Part shown: positions 58,469 to 64,000 of the stretch, piece by piece
How positions within the stretch are numbered: the stretch's first letter is position 1
Layout: each line of letters begins with the position of its first letter
From: Candidatus Latescibacterota bacterium
Lineage (GTDB): Bacteria; Latescibacterota; UBA2968; UBA8231
Reading direction: 5' to 3'
Assembly: GCA_965204725.1 (NCBI GenBank)
Contig: OZ242005.1
Location: forward strand, 4,416,001 to 4,480,000
DNA: 64,000 bases
Program-made: the position numbers and the translations under genes
Notes under the pieces: generated by a model
Told to the model about the DNA's origin: nothing
What the model saw: only the letters and a program-made list of their open reading frames with translations
Databases searched by the model: none

Positions 58469-59911
58469 GTGCTCCGTGAGCTCCGCCGCCTCCCGTCGTT
58501 CGTAAACCACCACCGAAGTACTTGGCTGCTCAGCCTTTATCTAGGCTTGGCGCCGGTCTATCACTTGCCGGGCATTGGCAACGGGTATCTGCGCCTGTTC
58601 AAGGTCGCGCTCGCGATAGCGGCGGTAGCGGTTGTGTTGGTCCCGCCGCTGCTGTCGGGCAAGCTCCGGCTTCCGGCGTGGGCACTGGGGGTTCCGGGGT
58701 TTTTGGCCCTTATCTTCCTTTCGACCCCAGGGGTGGTCCAAGCCCCAGAGGTGTCCCTAAACATCATGTTCGCCATGGACATCGGGTTCGCCGCGGGGTT
58801 TATGTGGTGCTTCTTCTATCTAGCGCGTCAAGGAGAAAACGTCTCCGCCATCCTCACCCGCACCTTAGTCATAATTTTGCCCTTGGCCACAGTTGCGTTC
58901 GCGAGTGCGCTCGTCAAGATACCGAATTGGGCCGATCCCTGTGACCAGCTTTGGCGGCCGGAGTACAGCATAGGGTTCGGCTCCAGCCCAACTCAGTGGT
59001 CGATCAGCCTGATTCTCTTATTGCCCTCTATCGGCTTGCTGATGGCCGGGGCGACCGGGCATAGGGCTATGCTTGGTGCCGCGTTGGCCGGCATCCTCTT
59101 TGGCAGCCAATTTTTGACCGGCGGACGCACTGGTTTTCTAATATCAGCGGTTTCGATTGGCATATTGGCCTTCCTACAGCCATCGAGACGGTTGGCCCTC
59201 TCAGGGGTTGCCACCGGAGTATTGATCGCTGGGATGATCGTCTTTAGCCAAAACCAAGCATGCTCCAAACACATAGGGCTGGACCGAGTGTTGGCCCTAG
59301 CCGACGTGGACAGACCCCCGGCCCCCAAGCCGGTCGTGCGTACTGGGCCTTCTCTGCGCCCGCGAACAGGCCCCGGCGTGGACAGACCCTCCGAGCCCGC
59401 ATTATCCCCTTTTCTCGCCAGTTTGGACACGCTCGGCACCACCCGGTTCGAGGGGTACAAAATCAGCCTCAGACGGATTGCCGAGCGGCCCTTTCTTGGG
59501 CATGGGATAGAGAAGATATTGCTCAGGGGGCATCACAAGCCCGAAGTCGAGATTCACAACCTTTGGCTCAAGTGGTCGACATACAGTGGAATTCTCGCGC
59601 CGCTCTGGTTTGCGATTATGGTAGGACTCATCCTACTCATCGCTCTTAGGCTAGTTGCAAACCGCGACGACGCCCCGGAAAACAGGTTTGTTGCGGCCAT
59701 GTTGGGACTAATCGTAATATCGGGCCTCACGGCTTCGATGTTGGAACCCAATGCCCTCATCGGGTCGTTTCAGTACACCGCTATTTGGTGGGCGGCCGCC
59801 GGAGCACTAGCGGGCATCTACGCGAAGGAGCGCGGCCTCCGGGAGTGGTCAATGCGTTTCAGCACCAAGCGAGGGTTGGAGATTGAGCCGTCACATGCCG
59901 CTGTCAACTAG
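58469..59911 (+). CDS. O-antigen ligase/Wzy-like polymerase
   Basis: Many TM helices; TGGRTG, PFLGHG and HNLWL motifs. Confidence 0.8.
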   Translation: MLRELRRLPSFVNHHRSTWLLSLYLGLAPVYHLPGIGNGYLRLFKVALAIAAVAVVLVPPLLSGKLRLPAWALGVPGFLALIFLSTPGVVQAPEVSLNIMFAMDIGFAAGFMWCFFYLARQGENVSAILTRTLVIILPLATVAFASALVKIPNWADPCDQLWRPEYSIGFGSSPTQWSISLILLLPSIGLLMAGATGHRAMLGAALAGILFGSQFLTGGRTGFLISAVSIGILAFLQPSRRLALSGVATGVLIAGMIVFSQNQACSKHIGLDRVLALADVDRPPAPKPVVRTGPSLRPRTGPGVDRPSEPALSPFLASLDTLGTTRFEGYKISLRRIAERPFLGHGIEKILLRGHHKPEVEIHNLWLKWSTYSGILAPLWFAIMVGLILLIALRLVANRDDAPENRFVAAMLGLIVISGLTASMLEPNALIGSFQYTAIWWAAAGALAGIYAKERGLREWSMRFSTKRGLEIEPSHAAVN

Positions 59912-59923
59912 CGACCTGTGGAC

Positions 59924-61057
59924 TTACTTGTTGCCCGTTTCGTCCCCAAGCGGCAGTAGATCCGTGAAGGCCCTCGCCAAGACATCCACTTCGTCGATGG
60001 ACAGATAGACGAGCGGCGGCAACGCAGCGGCGTTATCTCGCCACCTTAGCCAATTCTCCAGTGACACTTCGTTGAGGGCGGCCGCGGCCTCCTCAATAGT
60101 AACCGCGTCGAGGATCAAGCCGATGTCGTGTTTTCGCACCCCGTCGGCGTCCGCACAGCCGGCGCGGACGATAAGTGGCTTTTGGAATAGGCAGGCTTCA
60201 TAGTACCGGCTCGACTGGGACCATCCATGCGGAATCTCGGGCGGATAACAAGCCATTACTAGGTCAACGCTGTTATACAGAGCAGGCAGGCCTTCGGGAT
60301 AGCTGTACCCGCCTCGATATTCGATGTTGGGGCTGTTGTCAACTCGGGCTGAAAAATCCTCCAAAAACGGCGAGGGCGTACCGGCAAGAACGGCGGTGTA
60401 CTTGTGCGGCTCCAACCTCGTCAACTCCTCCAAAACCCGCATCGTCCACTCATCTCTCAGCCGGCCAAACCAGCCGATCCGAAGGGGCCGGTCCACGGCC
60501 GGGCCGGGCGGGTCAATCCTCGGTATTGATTTGACGAACTCTGGGTCCAGCTTGTTTTCGATAACCACGCTGGGGATTTCCGCGCCCAACCAGCGCAGGT
60601 AGTAGGGGAGATAACCGCTGGTTGTAAGCACCAACAAACTACAGCGGTCCACGGCGAGTTTCTCCAGCACCCGTACTGCCCGGCCGCTCCAACCACCGGC
60701 CACCTGCACCTCCTTAATGTCTGCGACCTCTAACACCAAGGGACGGTTTAATCCCAAGCCGGAAAGAGCCGCGAGGAAAGCGAGGTCGGAGTTGAAGGCA
60801 TAAACGATGTCGTTGCGGCGAATCGCTCGCCTCACCCTTGGTGCCGCAGCGAGGAGCTTGCCTATTCTGGTGGCATACTTCCGAGGGGGAATTGGCCCCA
60901 ACCGCTCGATGGGGCAGTCCGGCTGACGCCCCGAAAGCTGGCGTCGTTCAAAAGCGACCGCCTCGACATCAAACCCGCCCCGGTTGAGCATGTCAATGCG
61001 ACGGGCAATTCTGGTGTCGGTCAAGGTGGGAAGGATGCAGAGAATCTTAATGCTCAT
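59924..61057 (-). CDS. Glycosyltransferase (GT-B, ExoL-like)
   Basis: RRIDML..GGF, LEVADI, IGWFGRLR and SRYYE motifs. Confidence 0.75.
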   Translation of the reverse strand: MSIKILCILPTLTDTRIARRIDMLNRGGFDVEAVAFERRQLSGRQPDCPIERLGPIPPRKYATRIGKLLAAAPRVRRAIRRNDIVYAFNSDLAFLAALSGLGLNRPLVLEVADIKEVQVAGGWSGRAVRVLEKLAVDRCSLLVLTTSGYLPYYLRWLGAEIPSVVIENKLDPEFVKSIPRIDPPGPAVDRPLRIGWFGRLRDEWTMRVLEELTRLEPHKYTAVLAGTPSPFLEDFSARVDNSPNIEYRGGYSYPEGLPALYNSVDLVMACYPPEIPHGWSQSSRYYEACLFQKPLIVRAGCADADGVRKHDIGLILDAVTIEEAAAALNEVSLENWLRWRDNAAALPPLVYLSIDEVDVLARAFTDLLPLGDETGNK

Positions 61058-62412
61058 CGCGCTGCCATACCACGGATTAGGCTCGCGCTGGCGGACCACA
61101 AGTACGCCACGTCACCGCGTCGAAGGATAAAGGTGGAGTACAGGGGCAATCCGGTGGCTCGCTGGAACATCAGCGACAAAAAAAGGCTGCGGCAGAGCAG
61201 GCCGCCGGTCAAAGACCATGCCGCGCCCGTCAGGCCCCAAGCCGGATAAAGGGCAAAGAATAAGACGATGTTGGCGGATAGGCTTATCCACATCGCATGG
61301 GAGAAGACCTGGGGACGATTGACTCCCCGGAAGTAAGCCACGAATATCTCCGTACCGGCATAGGCGAACACGCCGATGGACATTATCCAAGTCAGGTGGA
61401 CTACCGGGGTGAAGGCTTCCGAAAGGAGCAAGGGCACCAAGGGAGTGCTGACGGCGAACCATATAAGGAGTAGGCCCCCAACGGCCCACCAAGTGACGCG
61501 GGCGCAAAAGGCGGCTAGCTCGGGCTGCCCGGTGTCGTTGCCGGCTATCCGAGGCAGCAGATAGGTGGAGATTGCGGTCGGGAGGATGAGGACCCGCGTT
61601 ATCAGGGCGTTGCTCGTTGTAAACAGCCCGATGTCGGCGCGGCTGGCCACGATGCCCAGCAGCAGACTTCCGACCCGGGGGTCTAGGACTTGGCCGACCC
61701 TAGCGACGTATTCCTTGAGATCGTAAATGAGCACCTGTCTTATCCCCTCCCGCGAGGGGAACGCTAGGACCAGCCCGCAATGCCGCCGGAGGTCTGCGAC
61801 CGAGGCCACGATTAGCACGAGGTGCCCTAGGAACAACGACAGAATCGCTCCGTTGACGCCGAGGCCCAATCCCCACACCAGCGTTAGAATGGAGGCGACT
61901 CCGACGGCCGCTTGGATCAAGGAGATTACCGCAAGTTGAGTGAACCGCCTCAGTCCCTGCAATTGCAGGCGGGTGGCAAACACGAGGGACGAGGAGGGAA
62001 TCAGCAAGAGAGCAAGGTAGAACGAGCTCTTATCGGCTTTGAGAAAGAAGCTGAAACCGCTGTGGATTAACGGCAACGCGGCCGCCGCGGCCACGGCACT
62101 GCCGATGAGACAGATGGCAAAGGCGATGGACATACCCTCGGAGACACTTATGCGTTTCGCCATTACGGAGTACTGGACTCCGCGCCCGGTGGCCAGCGTT
62201 CCGATGGTGCCCGCCAAGGCCCCAAAGAGGACGCAGACGAAGTAGGAGCCCAGACCTTCTGGCAAGAGGCTATAGGCGAGGAGACTTTTGGTCAATAGAC
62301 CTACGGCGATGTACAATCCTTGGGAGACCAACAGAATTGCTACTTCTTGTCGGCCGGAGGCAGTGGGTTGCGGCTGGGTGGTATCAGAGGTAATTGTTGA
62401 GTTATTTGGCAT
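61054..62412 (-). CDS. Wzx-type polysaccharide flippase
   Basis: Many TM helices, LLPEGLG, WGLTGAA; coupled to the glycosyltransferase by an ATGA overlap. Confidence 0.8.
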   Translation of the reverse strand: MPNNSTITSDTTQPQPTASGRQEVAILLVSQGLYIAVGLLTKSLLAYSLLPEGLGSYFVCVLFGALAGTIGTLATGRGVQYSVMAKRISVSEGMSIAFAICLIGSAVAAAAALPLIHSGFSFFLKADKSSFYLALLLIPSSSLVFATRLQLQGLRRFTQLAVISLIQAAVGVASILTLVWGLGLGVNGAILSLFLGHLVLIVASVADLRRHCGLVLAFPSREGIRQVLIYDLKEYVARVGQVLDPRVGSLLLGIVASRADIGLFTTSNALITRVLILPTAISTYLLPRIAGNDTGQPELAAFCARVTWWAVGGLLLIWFAVSTPLVPLLLSEAFTPVVHLTWIMSIGVFAYAGTEIFVAYFRGVNRPQVFSHAMWISLSANIVLFFALYPAWGLTGAAWSLTGGLLCRSLFLSLMFQRATGLPLYSTFILRRGDVAYLWSASASLIRGMAAR

Positions 62413-62577
62413 AATCCACGAAAAGGGTTGGCTTTCAACCGTATAAGCCCCATTTTTAATGGTTTCTAAGCAAGGAAGCGCAGGGCGCGCTTAAAAATAT
62501 CTTCGGGCCTCTACCTTCGCCAGACAGCCGAGTCTGGGGAGGATTGGCGGCGAGAGGCCACGGCCAACCAAAACGGT

Positions 62578-63435
62578 ATGAAACCTAATAAAGACCAACA
62601 CCCCAACTACGACTATCTATTGGTGGTCGGCCCGGGCCGCTCCGGGACCGACTTCCTCTATGCAAACCTTAGACAGCACCCCCAGTTTGCGTTTCCAGAG
62701 ATCAAGGAGGCAGGCTACTATCGGTCGCCGCGGCGGTTCGAGAAAGAGTACGGACGCCTGCTTGGCGGAGAAGACAGAATCCTAGCCGACATCTCAAACC
62801 TAGCGTACCAAGACCGTTTGCTCGGCCCCGGTGTGAGTGCCCTAAAGTGCCGGGGAGTCCGCGTCCTGATCGTCGTCCTGCTGCGGGAGCATTGCGCTAG
62901 GGCCCGCTCCATGGTCCGGTACAGAAGGAGCCGAGGACACCTCTCGGCTTGGTTGGGGGCCAACCGGCTGGAGCAGTCTGTGGTGCGGGACAGGTTGACC
63001 CCCGAGCAGCTCGAAGAGATACACCGCCTCGGCGTTGACGTGCTCTCGGTCGAGTTCTCTGCAATCGTGGAAAACCCGGAGCAGGTGTTCCGCCACCTGA
63101 GCCTCCTCTGTGGAGTATCTGTCTCCGAGCACATCGAGACGCGAATCACCAATAGATCGGTTCGCCACCGCAACCTAGTCCTCTCCACCTTGGCAACGTC
63201 AGGGGCCACCCTGTTGCGTTCTTTGGGACTCAGAAGGCTGCTACAACGCCTCAAAGACTCCGAGCCTTTGGACCGACTGCTCTTCGTGCCGCTCCCCGAA
63301 GACGAGCGGGAGGTCATTCTGAACGCGGAGAGCGTCTGTCTGCTAGAGAATGCGTTCGCCGAGTGCCGCTCAACCATTCGGTCGCACGCCGAGAAATTGG
63401 CACGGGGCATCTACTTCCGAAGCGCGAATCGTTAA
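62578..63435 (+). CDS. Sulfotransferase-family protein
   Basis: PAPS-loop-like VVGPGRSGT followed by L..HP...KE..YY. Confidence 0.72.
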   Translation: MKPNKDQHPNYDYLLVVGPGRSGTDFLYANLRQHPQFAFPEIKEAGYYRSPRRFEKEYGRLLGGEDRILADISNLAYQDRLLGPGVSALKCRGVRVLIVVLLREHCARARSMVRYRRSRGHLSAWLGANRLEQSVVRDRLTPEQLEEIHRLGVDVLSVEFSAIVENPEQVFRHLSLLCGVSVSEHIETRITNRSVRHRNLVLSTLATSGATLLRSLGLRRLLQRLKDSEPLDRLLFVPLPEDEREVILNAESVCLLENAFAECRSTIRSHAEKLARGIYFRSANR

Positions 63436-63463
63436 GACCGGCCAAGACCCAGCCCGATTCTAA

Positions 63464-63573
63464 AAAGTTGTCTGAAAACCCACCTTGGGTCATGTTGAAC
63501 AAGCCGTAGAGACGGTTGCCGTCATTCCTGCGAAAGAACGTCACCCCGTGCCCCGACACGGGGCGGGAATCCA
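63464..63573. repeat. Composite MITE/REP element
   Basis: TGTCTGAAAACCCACCTTGGGTC end as at 48550, with the CCCCGTGCCCCGACACGGGG palindrome nested in the ATTCC...GGAAT hairpin. Confidence 0.7.
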
Positions 63574-63659
63574 GTTTTCCCCCAACGTCCCATGCCTGTA
63601 TCCTTTTCGCTACACGCCCCACGCCGCCGATCCACGCCCTCCCCTCTGAGCCGCCGCCG

Positions 63660-63674
63660 TGGCACGATTCTTGC
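63660..63674 (+). promoter_or_regulatory. sigma54-type -24/-12 promoter
   Basis: TGGCACGATTCTTGC fits TGGCACG-N4-TTGC, 46 nt upstream of the rpn ATG. Confidence 0.6.
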
Positions 63675-63720
63675 CGGTTGCACATACCACCCCTTCTCAC
63701 CCGCAACCAAGGCAAGACCC

Positions 63721-64000
63721 ATGGCCGAATTCGACACCATCGCCAAACACCTCATCCACGCCTACCCGGCAGACTTCGCCCGCTTCGCCCTCCAACAAGA
63801 CGACATCCAAATCCTCGGCGTCGTCGATACCGAGCAGACCACCGTCGAAACCCACCGCACCGACAGCCTCATCCGCGTCAAAATTGGCGACCAGAAGGCG
63901 TTGATCCATCACGAGTTCCAAACCACCGACAGCAATCCCCCCATGCCCCTCCGCATGGCCGGCTATATCGGACGCGGCATTGAGCAACACCGCCGGCCGA
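63721..64000 (+). CDS. Rpn family protein, 5' part (cut by the window edge)
   Basis: MAEFDTIAKHLIHAYPADF..., nearly identical to 40857-41783. Confidence 0.85.
   Translation, partial: MAEFDTIAKHLIHAYPADFARFALQQDDIQILGVVDTEQTTVETHRTDSLIRVKIGDQKALIHHEFQTTDSNPPMPLRMAGYIGRGIEQHRRP

Overview
High-GC bacterial chromosome segment; the gene content (FlgD-Ig/T9SS-like C-terminal domain proteins, Rpn paralogs, GldAFG-like ABC system) tentatively suggests an FCB-group organism such as Latescibacterota or Gemmatimonadota. Two features stand out. (1) A visibly lower-GC seven-gene operon at ~3.85-15.47 kb, between ubiD and acnA, looks like a BREX-related defence system. It encodes a 3x alpha-CTD/sigma-region-4 protein, a GNAT + tRNA-guanine-transglycosylase (DpdA-like) fusion, a BrxA/SspB-like protein, a small P-loop NTPase, a large BrxC-like ATPase, a PglZ-like phosphatase and a HerA-like ATPase. 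It has no methyltransferase, so the self-mark may be a base exchange. (2) An orphan CRISPR-like repeat-spacer-repeat at 58074-58181 has a 34-nt spacer that matches perfectly a surface-protein gene 23 kb away (34743-34776). The window also holds tRNA-Glu, an amidase, a frameshifted aconitase, a TonB/ABC/RcnA-like metal operon, four tandem surface-protein genes, three rpn copies, several MITE/REP families (one inserted in frame in a protein), and a small polysaccharide/sulfotransferase cluster. All domain calls are from motifs read by eye; no searches were run.
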